A DNA stretch of 52,196 nt, counting the filler, from Basidiobolus ranarum (lineage: Eukaryota), in the NCBI GenBank assembly GCA_040143965.1. It is 2 parts of 2 records of this genome, joined end to end, with 100 filler letters (N's around TTAATTAATTAA, not from the genome) between each part and the next. Parts side by side here need not be neighbours in the genome. Positions count along the whole stretch, not along the records: positions 26,176 to 52,196 come from JASJQH010007012.1; 1 more part is not named here. One strand, written 5' to 3'. The translations under genes were made by a program, and so were the position numbers. The notes beneath the pieces were generated by a model. That model made no database searches, had not been told where the DNA came from, and worked only from the letters and a program-made list of their open reading frames with translations. Positions 35,395 to 46,036 of the stretch are shown here, one piece after another. The number at the start of each line of letters is the position of its first letter. Positions within the stretch are counted from its first letter, which is position 1.

Positions 35395-37434
35395 ATGGTT
35401 TCATCTCGCATTGCTGCTTTGACGGCTATATTAGCCAGTCTTTCCTTGACATCAGCCTTTGATGCATCATGTGATAGTAACTTAGTCGCCTACTGGGGAC
35501 AAAACGCTATGGGTATTTTAGACCCAACTGATCGCGCCGTATGGGAGAAACCTCTCGATGAATATTGTAACGATGATACATTAGATGTGATCAACATTGG
35601 TTTCATGAACGTATTCAGCGGCGACGTAGGTTCACTTCCCGGAATCAATCTTTCTTATCACTGCACTGGGCCCACTTTCCCTGGCACCAACCTTTTGAGC
35701 TGTCCCCAAATTGGGGAGCATATTAAATACTGTCAATCTAAGGGTAAAAAGATTACCATGTCTCTAGGTGGTGCGGTTGGATCTTACGGTCTTGATAATG
35801 ACGCTGATAGTGAAAGACTTGCTAAGACCGTGTGGGATCTCTTCCTTGGTGGTTCCTCTCAAACTCGTCCTTTCGGTTCAGCAGTCCTTGATGGGATTGA
35901 TTTAGATATTGAAGCTGGTATTAGCGTAGGATATGGTGCTTTCGTTCAAAAGCTTCGTTCTCATTTCGATTCCGATAAGAGCAGAAAATACTTCACTACC
36001 GCTGCTCCACAGTGTCCTTTCCCCGACTACTTCCTTGGTAATGCGCTTGACCAAGCCTGGTTTGATATGGTGTACATCCAATTCTATAATAACTTCTGTA
36101 CTCCCACTTCACCTGGCCAATTCAACTACGATGTCTGGAATCATTGGGCTACTACCAAATCCCACAATCCTGATGTAAAATTGTACATTGGTACTCTTGG
36201 AAACCCTAAAGCTGGAAGTTATGGTTATATGACTCCTGATGAATTGAAACCTTTGATTGAAAGTACTAGACAAAAGTATTCTAGTTTCGGTGGTGTTATG
36301 ACTTGGGAGGCTTCTACCGCTGAAGCTTCCATGATCAATGGAGTAAGCTTCGCTCAATCTGTCAAGAATATTTTACTTGATGGTGCCAAGTGTAATGGTA
36401 ATTCTACTCCCAAGCCAGAACCCAAGCCTGAGCCTAAACCCACTACCCACAAGCCAGAGCCCAAGCCTACCACCCACAAGCCTGAGCCCAAACCTACTAC
36501 CCACAAGCCCGAGCTCAAGCCTACTACTCATAAACCCGAGCCCAAGCCTACTACTCACAAGCCTGAGCCTAAGCCTACTACCCACAAACCTGAACCTAAG
36601 CCTACTACTCACAAGACCGAGTCTAAGCCTACTACTCACGAAACTGAGTCTAAGCATACTACTCACAAGACTGAGTCTAAGCCTACTACTCACAAGACCG
36701 AGTCTAAGCATACTACTCACAAGACTGAGTCTAAGTCTACCACTCACAAATCCGAGCCTAAACCTACCACTACTCATAAATCCGAGCCTAAACCTACCAC
36801 TACTCATAAATCCGAACACAAGCCTACTTCTACTACTGAATATGTTCCCAACCCTACTCACCCTGCCCTAGGAATTAGTACTTGCCCAGTTCAGAACGCA
36901 CCATGCGATACTGTTGCTTTAGCTTGTAATGGTCATCAATATGGACAGTGCGTTTTCGGTAAGTGGGTTCTTCGCGAGTGTGATGCCCATAACCTTCTCA
37001 CCTGTGTACAAGATGATGCCCTTCTCTATTGCGATTGGGCTTACAAATATCCCGATCACAAACCCTGTACCGACGATCAATCTACAAAGAGAAAGCGTTC
37101 TATTGAAGGACCAAGTGATCATGCTTTGGTAGATTTCGCAGCACCCCTTTACAATACCGACAATTTCAAGACCAATGTTCGTGTTCGTACTACCAGCACT
37201 GCGTTCTCTAACCACTGGAGAGTTCAATTCGATCTTCCTCGTGGACAATCCATTCAAAACAGTACCCGTGGTGTCTTCTCCCAAAAGGGTACCAAAGTAA
37301 CCATTGTCTCTGTTCCTGAAAAGGAGCCTAAATGGAATATGGTCATTCTTATTAACGTCTTGGGTGTCCATAACAGCCTTAGCACCGATATGGTTCCACT
37401 TAATGCCAAGTTCTGGGATCTTGGTGAAATTTAA
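35395..37434 (+). CDS. Secreted GH18 class III (subgroup B) chitinase with repeat linker, Cys-rich chitin-binding module and C-terminal beta domain
   Basis: Signal peptide; AYWGQN, CQSKGKKITMSLGGA, RPFGSAVLDGIDLDIE (DxxDxDxE), AAPQCPFPD, IQFYNN, FGGVMTWE; CBM19-like C..GQCVFGKWVLREC; KRKR dibasic site. Confidence 0.95.
   Translation: MVSSRIAALTAILASLSLTSAFDASCDSNLVAYWGQNAMGILDPTDRAVWEKPLDEYCNDDTLDVINIGFMNVFSGDVGSLPGINLSYHCTGPTFPGTNLLSCPQIGEHIKYCQSKGKKITMSLGGAVGSYGLDNDADSERLAKTVWDLFLGGSSQTRPFGSAVLDGIDLDIEAGISVGYGAFVQKLRSHFDSDKSRKYFTTAAPQCPFPDYFLGNALDQAWFDMVYIQFYNNFCTPTSPGQFNYDVWNHWATTKSHNPDVKLYIGTLGNPKAGSYGYMTPDELKPLIESTRQKYSSFGGVMTWEASTAEASMINGVSFAQSVKNILLDGAKCNGNSTPKPEPKPEPKPTTHKPEPKPTTHKPEPKPTTHKPELKPTTHKPEPKPTTHKPEPKPTTHKPEPKPTTHKTESKPTTHETESKHTTHKTESKPTTHKTESKHTTHKTESKSTTHKSEPKPTTTHKSEPKPTTTHKSEHKPTSTTEYVPNPTHPALGISTCPVQNAPCDTVALACNGHQYGQCVFGKWVLRECDAHNLLTCVQDDALLYCDWAYKYPDHKPCTDDQSTKRKRSIEGPSDHALVDFAAPLYNTDNFKTNVRVRTTSTAFSNHWRVQFDLPRGQSIQNSTRGVFSQKGTKVTIVSVPEKEPKWNMVILINVLGVHNSLSTDMVPLNAKFWDLGEI
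36427..36810 (+). repeat. Coding tandem repeat: 7x PEPKPTTHK-type, 5x TESKxTTHK-type, 2x SEPKPTTTHK
   Basis: Twelve 27-nt units plus two 30-nt units equal 384 nt, read directly from the sequence. Confidence 0.92.
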
Positions 37435-37649
37435 ATGATTTCAGAATGTTATTAACCTAACCCCAACTTTTATCTCTATCATATATCTATATCCCAACTC
37501 TACCTTATATTTATACCCTTACCCCTACTCACTTAGATGTAAAATATATTTCTACTTTTTTAAGAGAATACTGTGTATTCCCTTTTAAAATAGTGCTCTC
37601 TACATAGAATCAGAGGAGGATGTAATCACATTCAATAAATGTATAGGCA

Positions 37650-37757
37650 ATATCTTCGATATTATTCAGTGGTATTTTTTTATATTTATATATCGTCGAT
37701 ATTATTCAGTGGTATTTTATTTATATTTATATATCGTCGATATTATTTAGTGGTATT
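37650..37757. repeat. About 40-bp AT-rich tandem repeat, about 2.6 copies
   Basis: TCGATATTATTYAGTGGTATT recurs at about 37656, 37696 and 37737. Confidence 0.85.
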
Positions 37758-38008
37758 ACTTTTATTTAGTGGCGAGAAAGAAATCGGAATTTATGTATAA
37801 CAAGGACGAGATAGTGTAGTAGTAGAATGGCTTTAGAATTGAGTTTAACTTTTAAATAACGCTGGTAGTGAACCATACAAAAGTGGGAGCAGAGAGAGGA
37901 GAAAGGAGGGATAGGGGCAGGAGAGAGATAAAAAAGGAATTAATTGGTTTAAATTTAAGAAACAAATAAATATATTTATGTTGACTCCTTCATTGATCGT
38001 TATATATG

Positions 38009-38851
38009 TCATTTCCGTTGAAATTCAATATCTTCGAATACTGACATCTTGGGGATTTCTGGTAGATCAAAATTACTGGATGTTTTTAATAAAACCGAAT
38101 GGGATTTGGGCTTCTCGTTGATCCGAGAGTATCCAGTACACATTTGAATGAACTCCATCAAAACCTCTGGGTTGCTCAAATAATCATCTTTAGATAAAGT
38201 TGGCGATGTCATATCCCATTGTTTGTTGATGGTCTAGAGAAGAATAGTTAGAATGGAGCAATAGCAATGATCTTGCATGTACGAACTTACCGTGAGCATT
38301 CCTGTATCTGCATCGAAGCTTAAATGTGCATGATGATTAAAGTTGGTGGGATTAGAGACTCCTTTCATTGGTGAACGCTATCAATTAACCAATATGTCAG
38401 TCTAAGGGTAACAAGAGAGGATGCAGACCATGGACGTTAACCTTGTATATAGAATCCATCCAGGACCACATTTCTCCGTCACTTTTACAAGTGATATAGA
38501 TATTTCTTGTTTCCGAACAGATTTTAAAGCAGTAAGGTTTGAGTTCTGACCTTTCCAGGTCACGTATTTCTTCATAAAATATTGTTTCCAGTGCTTTTAC
38601 TTCATTCTTTAATAAAGTGAACGAAAAATGGGTTTCAGTTGAGTTTCAATATGAGGTGAAAGGACTTTACTTACGTGGACTTTGTGAATGGTGATGCAAG
38701 TGTTCTTCAAAGTAACCAACCGTTTGGACCATAACCAGCTGGTCATTCCATTTCCACGTACTGAGAAATGCCCCTTTTTAACCGTCTCCAAGGTAATACT
38801 CTCCTGAGAGTCGGTGGGTGAGGAAGTAGTGCTTGGGTACTGATCGTTCAT
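38009..38851 (-). CDS. Cla4/PAK-like PH + CRIB protein without a kinase domain (217 aa); exons 38851-38675, 38606-38442, 38377-38291, 38233-38009
   Basis: VKKGHFSVRGNGMTSWLWSKRLVTL...LERSELKPYCFKI...IYITCKSDGEMWSWMDSIY (Cla4-type PH); GVSNPTNFNHHAHLSFDADTG (CRIB); LSKDDYLSNPEVLMEF (inhibitory-switch-like). Three phase-0 GT-AG introns. Confidence 0.85.
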
Positions 38852-39827
38852 TTGGAGTTTACTTTTTATCTGTCACGTATAGCTAACTAAACACGTTCAC
38901 TGTATTGAAAAGTATAGTAAGAAATGAAGAATAAAAGGATTCAAGAGAATATTCTCTAAGAATAGCAAATATAGAAGCGAGGAGTATTGTCTATGAGTTG
39001 GTAACTAAATTAGCGGGTGGCTGTGGTAACCGAATGAGAATGAATGAATTGGACTAGCAATTTGAATTAGTGGGAAATCTAAAAATTCGAGAAAATTTGA
39101 CGATGAACAGGAAATATAAAACCGGGAATCAATTCTTTTTATATTCCATTGAGTGTGAAAGAGCGAGAAAGAATAGTTGACTGCAGAGGGGAACGCACCA
39201 AGTGACTAATATTAGGATGAGCATCTCAGGGGCTATGTCTACCTTCACCTTCAGCTCTACATTCAACAGCAATGCGGGATAAGTATTGCAGGCGAGCATT
39301 TGTAGACACCTTATTCTCCTCCTATTCGTGGCTACTTTATGTATACATTTTATGCTCTTTAAACATAAGGATTACATTGCATTGCTGTCTTGGAATGGTT
39401 ACGGTTGTCTCCGAGTTTGGTAAGAAGATAGTTGTACAGAGTTGTCATCCAAAGTCATCCACAACCCACTCAGAATCCCCAGACCCATACTATTACTGAT
39501 ATAGCTTGGGCACACAAAGTTAAGATCAGCAACTGAGAGGAAGGGGAAAGTTACTCATTACCAGGGTAGCGTTCCTATGAAATGAGTTGATATAGGGTGA
39601 GAGGTTCCTCTGAAATAGGGTGATTTTCATTTGAGCTGCAGGAATAATTTAATGTGATCCTACATTACTGAGATGTATTATTCTGCGTTCAGTAATCAAA
39701 TTAACTTTCTTATCAGTGAGGATGTGTAGTGGCTTAGTCATTGAACAGAGTCTGACTATTAAATAAACTTTAATCAATTTTCGGATTTGATGTTGGGAAC
39801 GTGCTCTTCAGTGTCTTCTTGTAAACC

Positions 39828-40862
39828 ATGATACTGACCGAGTCATTTGTTTTAAAGAAGTCAGGGGCGAGGGAGTTGAGTGAGATACGCGTTCTGAACT
39901 TATGGTAAGGTGAAGTGAGCTCTGAGAGAGCCAGGGATTTACGATTAGTTAACCGAAATCTTCCATCAAAGGGGACTGGGTTTGAAGGATATCAGTGTGC
40001 TCAAGAAGTTGGTGAATCTAGAGGTGTTGGATTTGAGGTGAGGTACAGTGCCCGCAACATATAAGAGCCAGACAGAAAGTACTCAACAATATTTAGCGTA
40101 AACCAAGTAACATCCATCAGACCACTGTATCATTGTCAGTACCAAAAATGAAGAACATATCTCCGATGGATTCTAATCTATTGAATAGGTCGTGAACTGC
40201 GTGAACTTTATCTTCGCAAAAACGCGATCAAATTAAGCGACTTGAAGGAAATTCATCAATTAAGTACTCTACGTATTCTCTGGCTGACAGAGAACCCGTG
40301 CGTGAAAGAATCACGGTATTACGAGTTTCTACTGCGTCGATTACCTTTGCTCCAAAAGCTGGATAATAAGGGTATGGTACCACTATAATATACAGCATGA
40401 AATTTACTCAAGCTAAACTCAATGTTACTCCAACTAAATACTAATGCAGCAATCGAGTCAGACAACAATAACAAGCAGAAAGAAAAGCAAGTAGGATTAA
40501 GTAGAGATAATACGACATTCCATTACAATAAACACAAAGTCGCCCCTATCGTCAGTCGATCTGTTGGTGTTCAGACTGAAGAAGCGTCGTTTAGAGTTGA
40601 TCAACATGTAAGTTAATTTAGTTGCCTATCACTACTACACTCCTACCGCTCACACTCTTGAAATTCACCACTTAGCCTAGCAAACCCAGCATCAAGGTAG
40701 GTCACATATGCATGTCAGGTTGGATGCTTCGCTAATGGTTTGGTTTAGAAGTCTGGCCAATTAAGTATCATATTATCGATATTACTTCTACTGCGCGAAC
40801 TGGGTATAGAGGAAATCCATTTAATTCATGAAATTCTTGAGAAATATATTACTTCCGGTTAG
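39828..40862 (+). CDS. CFAP410: CFAP410/C21orf2-like LRR protein (218 aa); exons 39828-39904, 39972-40037, 40097-40134, 40189-40371, 40450-40607, 40676-40696, 40749-40862
   Basis: MILTESFVLKKSGARELSEIRVLNLWGLGLKDISVL..LEVLDLSVNQV..LRELYLRKN..LRILWLTENPC..LLRRLPLLQKLDN and C-terminal ILSILLLLREL, colinear with remembered CFAP410. Exons sum to 657 nt in frame. Confidence 0.88.
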
Positions 40863-41027
40863 CCATCGAAGAAGAGCAAGTTCATCGAAGTTAACTATCG
40901 AAGAAATCATACTATTTCACTTTTATATTCCTGTATCAAAAGAAAGCGGACTAAAATACACAGAACTATTCCAGAACAGAAGAACAAATAAAATGAGCTG
41001 TAACTAATACAATGATTATGGGAAACA

Positions 41028-43756
41028 TCATAACCCAAGTCCCGCCATCGTGGATACCAATTTCTCTACTTTATCGACGTCTTGGCGGGCCATTTCGATG
41101 ACGTTTAATAGTTTCTTAATGCCAATGGATACGTTTTGATTCTGAAGCTCATGCTGGAGTGAGCTCAATGCGGACTGATGTTCTTGCTCGTTGAACAAGG
41201 CCAATTCTTTGAGTACTATATCGACTGCGGAGAGCTGTGTGATGTTAGGTACGTAGATGTCAGCATTGAAAGCATCGATCATGTCCATTTGTTGTAAGAT
41301 GGAACGTTGGCTGGCGGTGGCAATAATCAGAAGTTTGCGGTCCTTGGGTGGCCTTTTCTTGAGAAGCACCATTAGAGTTTGAAATACGGAGTTGGAGAAT
41401 CTGGGTCCGATCGGCACCCAATCCAAGAGACGTTCAAGATTATCAATCACAATAACACTGAATGGTGATCTGTACGAGTCGTTGAAGGTTTTGTTGATGG
41501 TAGCCATCTTGGCATTCTCTGAATAACCCACCATTGACTCGGGAGAAATCAATTTGATAAACGGAAACTCACTTCCCATGGCAATTGTGGCTGCCAAAGC
41601 AGTCTTACCACTGCCTGGTGGTCCATGGAGCAGCAGACTAACTAAAGGAGTACGCTCACTACGCTTAACTTGCTCAACAAACAGCTGGCCGTCCGATAAG
41701 ATTCTGTCCACATGCGGGGCGAAAGGAATGATATGGTTTTGTACGCACTGTTGAAGTTCCGTGTCAGAAATACCAAATGCTGGTCTGACTTCCTCTAAGC
41801 CATTCAAGAAATCGTCTCTCATCACCTTCATGTTCTCTACATCGGGAGCAACACCAGCCAAAGTCCCAACTTTGACATGTCTATTGAACGCGAATGACGA
41901 AGCACTCTTGATCAAACCAGCTATCTCTGCACCACTGAAATTCTTGGTTAATTTGGCCAGTTCGTCAAGATCTACATCATCCCCCATGATCTCATGTTGT
42001 CGCATCTTAGCCGTATGAATCTTCAATATTTGGAATCTGCCTTTCTCGTCTGGTAAGCCAATCTCCATATGCACCTCCAAACGCCCGGGACGCAGTAAGG
42101 CCTCATCAATCATATCGAGACGATTGGTCATACCAATGATCAAGATGTTGTTGAGTTGCTCCACACCATCCATCTTGGCCAGCAACTGATTGACGACAGA
42201 GTCTCCTACTCCTGTTCCATCGTTCTTCCCACCACGTTGCTTACAGATGGCATCAAGCTCATCAAAGATGATAATGTGAAGGGAGCTCTCATCTCCTTTG
42301 GCTTTGTATTCTTGTTCCGCTTCTGTAAACAACTTTCGGATATTTTCTTCCGATTGACCGACGTATTTGTTCAACACTTCAGGTCCGTTGACGATCTTGG
42401 GCTCTCTTGCGTTCAGCATTTTACCAATTTGACGTGCCATCAAAGTCTTACCAGTACCGGGTGGTCCATATAACAAAATACCTGGGATAGGCAAGGCATC
42501 AGCATGGATTGATATCGCAAGAGTTCAACAGAAAGTATTAATACCTTTGACGTGCTGAATACCCAATTTCTCGACGATGGATGGGGGAAATATACGAGAT
42601 GCAAAAGCTCGACGGAAAATTCCGCTAAACTCTGAATCCAAACCACCAATGCCCATATCTTCGAACTTGAAGTTAGGTTGAATAATAGCATTTGCTCTAG
42701 AACTAAAAAATGCTAGTGGGATAAATACAAGTTCAAGATATACGAGTCAGCCTCATGCACGAACCTTCTAGATGTTCCCTTTAAGCGGATAGTACAGTCT
42801 TGAGCTTTAGTGAACTGTACTAAAGTTTGTTGCATTAAAATTCCTCGAACATGGTTACCAGATGCTGAAATAAATGAATTGAGTTTATGGCTTCTTTTTT
42901 CTTCTCAATACAACATCCATTTACCACTATTTTGCTGTTGTGCCTGGCCTGAACGCAAACTTTCCAGTTCGGCAACCTCCAAATCCAATACTTGAACTTG
43001 GAGATTCAAACCATGAAAATCGAAAACCAACTGTTGACCTTTAGTGAATACTTGATTTCCAAACGACTACATTTAACAGAGTATTTGTTTAGAAGTCAAA
43101 TCATCTATCTGAATAACCATAATAAATCTATTTACTTGAGTAAAGACGTGGCCCATTTCTTCAGTATCAAATTCTTTGTTTACTTCTAAACCACGACGAA
43201 GGAATTTTACCTAATAAAACCGAGTTTAAATTCGAGTATATAATATATCCGCTTGAAATGCAAGAATCTTGGTTTGACCGATAACTTACTTCTAGATTAA
43301 GGGTACCTAAATAAACATTAACCCCTTCGGAAAGTGGATCGTAAGGCTGTACAAAGACTTCCTGGTTTAGAGAAAGAGATGCCCAACGTCTATGGAACAG
43401 AGAAGTACCAATTTGACCAGATGTAAAGCTATTCTCGAAACTATATTCGAATTGGACAATAGAAACTCGAAATTAAGCCCAATTCAATAACTTCAGACTA
43501 ACTTGTAATCAAATCAAAAATGGGTTAAACAAATATGGAATAAAACTAACTGTATAGTAAACACGAATTGCTCGTTCAAAGAAACATAACGAGTGGAGGG
43601 TTCAAAATCCTTGGGGCTCACAACGAGCAAGTTGGCTAAAGCTAAAGCGTCACTTGGTCCCTTTGCTACTCTAAAGGTACCGCCACTTACAGTTTGGGGT
43701 GTAGGTGAGCGATAGGGACTTGAGGTACCAGAAAAGGGCTTTCTAAACGAATCCAT
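41028..43756 (-). CDS. SEC18: Vesicle-fusing AAA ATPase NSF/Sec18 (multi-exon)
   Basis: [51 protein letters not shown], second Walker [15 protein letters not shown]. Confidence 0.97.
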
Positions 43757-44251
43757 TACTGTAAGGTTAAGTAATAAGGTGTACTTCCCTTAGGTAACAG
43801 GTTAATTTGAAGTATAAAAAAATAAGTGCCTTTCGGATATACAACTATTACAGCACTCTTCCTTTTCTCAATACTCCCAACCTCATCTCTTTTTGATTAA
43901 TCCTGGCTGGATTCGGTCACGTAATCATTAATATGTTTAATTTAAAGTTGATTCAATCTGTGCTTTCAATATTTGTAGGTATGTCTAGACTTACAAACAG
44001 TAAAAATCTAGGTTAAACTTATCACACATTTCCATCCACCAATGATATCTCCGTATAAAGGCAGCATATACTGAACTCATTTAATGCTGCATGGACGCTA
44101 AAAATAGATGAAAAGCTGGGCTTTTGCGTACGAAGTTTGTTTACTAAGAAGCATACATATATATATATATTGAAGACTGAATGAAGGCTATATGTGGTTT
44201 TGCTTAATGAAAGTGAATTCGCTAATAATGCTAAGTGAGTTTTCATTTAAC

Positions 44252-46036
44252 TTAATTGGTTGGTTGTGGTGGATAAACACCTTGCGAGGTCCCACTCTTA
44301 CTTGGAGGGTAGGGTACGTTGTCCTTACTTCCGGGGGGTGGATAACCGGTACTGCTTTTGGTTGGTGGATAAGCGGCACTTTGTTGAGGTGGATAGGCCT
44401 CACCCTGTTGGGTCGGACGGCCAGGTCCGTTTTTGGGTGGATAATCAGCACCATTTTTGGTAGGAGGGTAGGTTACACCTTGAGGTGGATACCCAGTATC
44501 GTTTCTAGTGGGTGGATATGCTTTGCCTTGTTGAGGTGGATATCCAGTATCATTTTGAGCCGGAGGATATGGTGCACCCTGTTGTGGTGGATAACCAGCG
44601 TTACTTTTGGCAGGTGGATAACCAGTACTGCTCTTACTAGGGGGATATGGTGCGCCTTGCTGTGGTGGGTAGGCTTCCCCTTTTTGAGGGGGATAACCAG
44701 TACTGCTTTTACTAGGTGGATACCCAGTATTTTTTTGTGGTGGATAACTAGCATCGTCTTTACTAGGTGGATATGCTTGACCTTGTTGAGGAGGATATGG
44801 AGCACCACCTTTACTAGGTGGGTATGGTGCGCCTTGTTGTGGAGGATAGCTAGGACTGGTTTTACCAGGTGGGTATGCTGCATTTTGTGGTGGCGGGCGA
44901 TCCGCGTAAGCTGCATTAGGTGGATATGGAGCACTGCCTTTGCTAAGCGTGTATGGTGCACCCTGTTGTGGAGGATAACCAGCATCATCTTTAGCGGGTG
45001 GATAACCAGGACTGGTTTTACCAGGTGGGTGTGCTGCATTTTGTGGAGGCGGGCGGCCCGCATAAGCAGCATTAGGTGGATATGCCCCACCTTGCTGGGG
45101 TGGATAACCAGTATCACTTTTAGTGGGTGGGTAGGTCTCACCTTGTTGAGGCGGATAACCAGCACTACTTTTGTTAGGTGGATACGCCGAATTTTGTTGA
45201 GGTGGATGGTTTGCGTAACTTTTAGTAGGGGGATAGGCCGCACCTTGCTGAGGCGGGTAACCGGAACCATCAGCTCTACTGGGAGGATAACCGCTATTTT
45301 GCGAGGGAGAAGGAACTCTTTGAGGAGGGTAACCGGAGGAAGCACCACTAGGTGAAGGAACCCTTTGGGAAGGATATCCACTGTTTCCACTAGCAGGGTA
45401 TAGTCCTTGGTTCTGAACAGGTCTGGGTGGATACCCACTGTTTAAGTTAGGGGACTGAGTGTGAGAGCTTCCGTTCGAGGGATGATGTTCATCTTCAGAT
45501 TCGGATCCAGTTAGAACATCGTCCAAATTTTCCCCAGGACCGTTATTTGACGTGAAAGAAGGAGCTTTACCAACCAGAGCCTCATACACAGGGGCCCAAT
45601 CCTGTGGATTGGTAGAAGAAGAAGTAAGAACAAAGCCAATATTGAGTTCTACTTCACCACTAATCTGGTCTTTACTACTTTTTTGTTGGAGTGGATACCA
45701 AGCGGTTCTTTTTTTACTAGGGTCAAAAGATATGGGTACTCCATCCAAAAAGAATTCTCGAAAAGAGAGTGTCAATTGGCCCATAAAGTCTCTACCAAGA
45801 AAGTCACTATCCCAGCAGACGAGTTGTATAAACTTCGGTGGTGAACGCATATTAACTTTGTATTCATAGGAAAAATTCCAAACTGGGTTTAAACTTTTAG
45901 AGATGACCTTGGAGGACTTCTTTTTGTTTAGAATCTTAATGACCACGAATGGGTCCGAGAGTCCGTTGCGGTCTTTCGGAGTAAGGTTACGAGCTTGGAT
46001 AACCTCAATTTTAATGGCTGAAATGGAATGACTCAT
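44252..46036 (-). CDS. C2-domain protein with long GYPP/Pro-Gln-Tyr low-complexity tail
   Basis: IEVIQARNLTPKDRNGLSDPFV..KSLNPVWN..CWDSDFLGRDFMG (C2 with Ca-binding Asp residues), followed by dozens of YPP repeats. Confidence 0.88.
   Translation of the reverse strand: MSHSISAIKIEVIQARNLTPKDRNGLSDPFVVIKILNKKKSSKVISKSLNPVWNFSYEYKVNMRSPPKFIQLVCWDSDFLGRDFMGQLTLSFREFFLDGVPISFDPSKKRTAWYPLQQKSSKDQISGEVELNIGFVLTSSSTNPQDWAPVYEALVGKAPSFTSNNGPGENLDDVLTGSESEDEHHPSNGSSHTQSPNLNSGYPPRPVQNQGLYPASGNSGYPSQRVPSPSGASSGYPPQRVPSPSQNSGYPPSRADGSGYPPQQGAAYPPTKSYANHPPQQNSAYPPNKSSAGYPPQQGETYPPTKSDTGYPPQQGGAYPPNAAYAGRPPPQNAAHPPGKTSPGYPPAKDDAGYPPQQGAPYTLSKGSAPYPPNAAYADRPPPQNAAYPPGKTSPSYPPQQGAPYPPSKGGAPYPPQQGQAYPPSKDDASYPPQKNTGYPPSKSSTGYPPQKGEAYPPQQGAPYPPSKSSTGYPPAKSNAGYPPQQGAPYPPAQNDTGYPPQQGKAYPPTRNDTGYPPQGVTYPPTKNGADYPPKNGPGRPTQQGEAYPPQQSAAYPPTKSSTGYPPPGSKDNVPYPPSKSGTSQGVYPPQPTN
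44270..45430 (-). repeat. Coding imperfect repeat (YPPQQGAPYPPSKSSTG-like)
   Basis: Recurrent GGTGGATA/GGATAACC units; an internal duplication of the PPNAAYAxRPPPQNAAxPPGKTSP block. Confidence 0.85.

Noticed and set aside
36373-36871. Leu/Ser/Arg-rich ORFs overlapping the chitinase linker
   Set aside because: Shadows of the stop-free coding repeat.
37650-37757. CRISPR-like repeat array
   Set aside because: Units are contiguous without unique spacers, the context is eukaryotic, and there are no cas genes.
39557-39584. RFX X-box-like sequences upstream of CFAP410
   Set aside because: ATTACCAGGGTAGC has three mismatches to the palindromic consensus; not distinguishable from chance by eye.
44192-45355. 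387-aa Trp-rich plus-strand ORF, and the 321-aa alternative-frame ORF at 44473-45438
   Set aside because: Antisense and frame shadows of the YPP repeat (CCA read as TGG); no independent evidence of coding.
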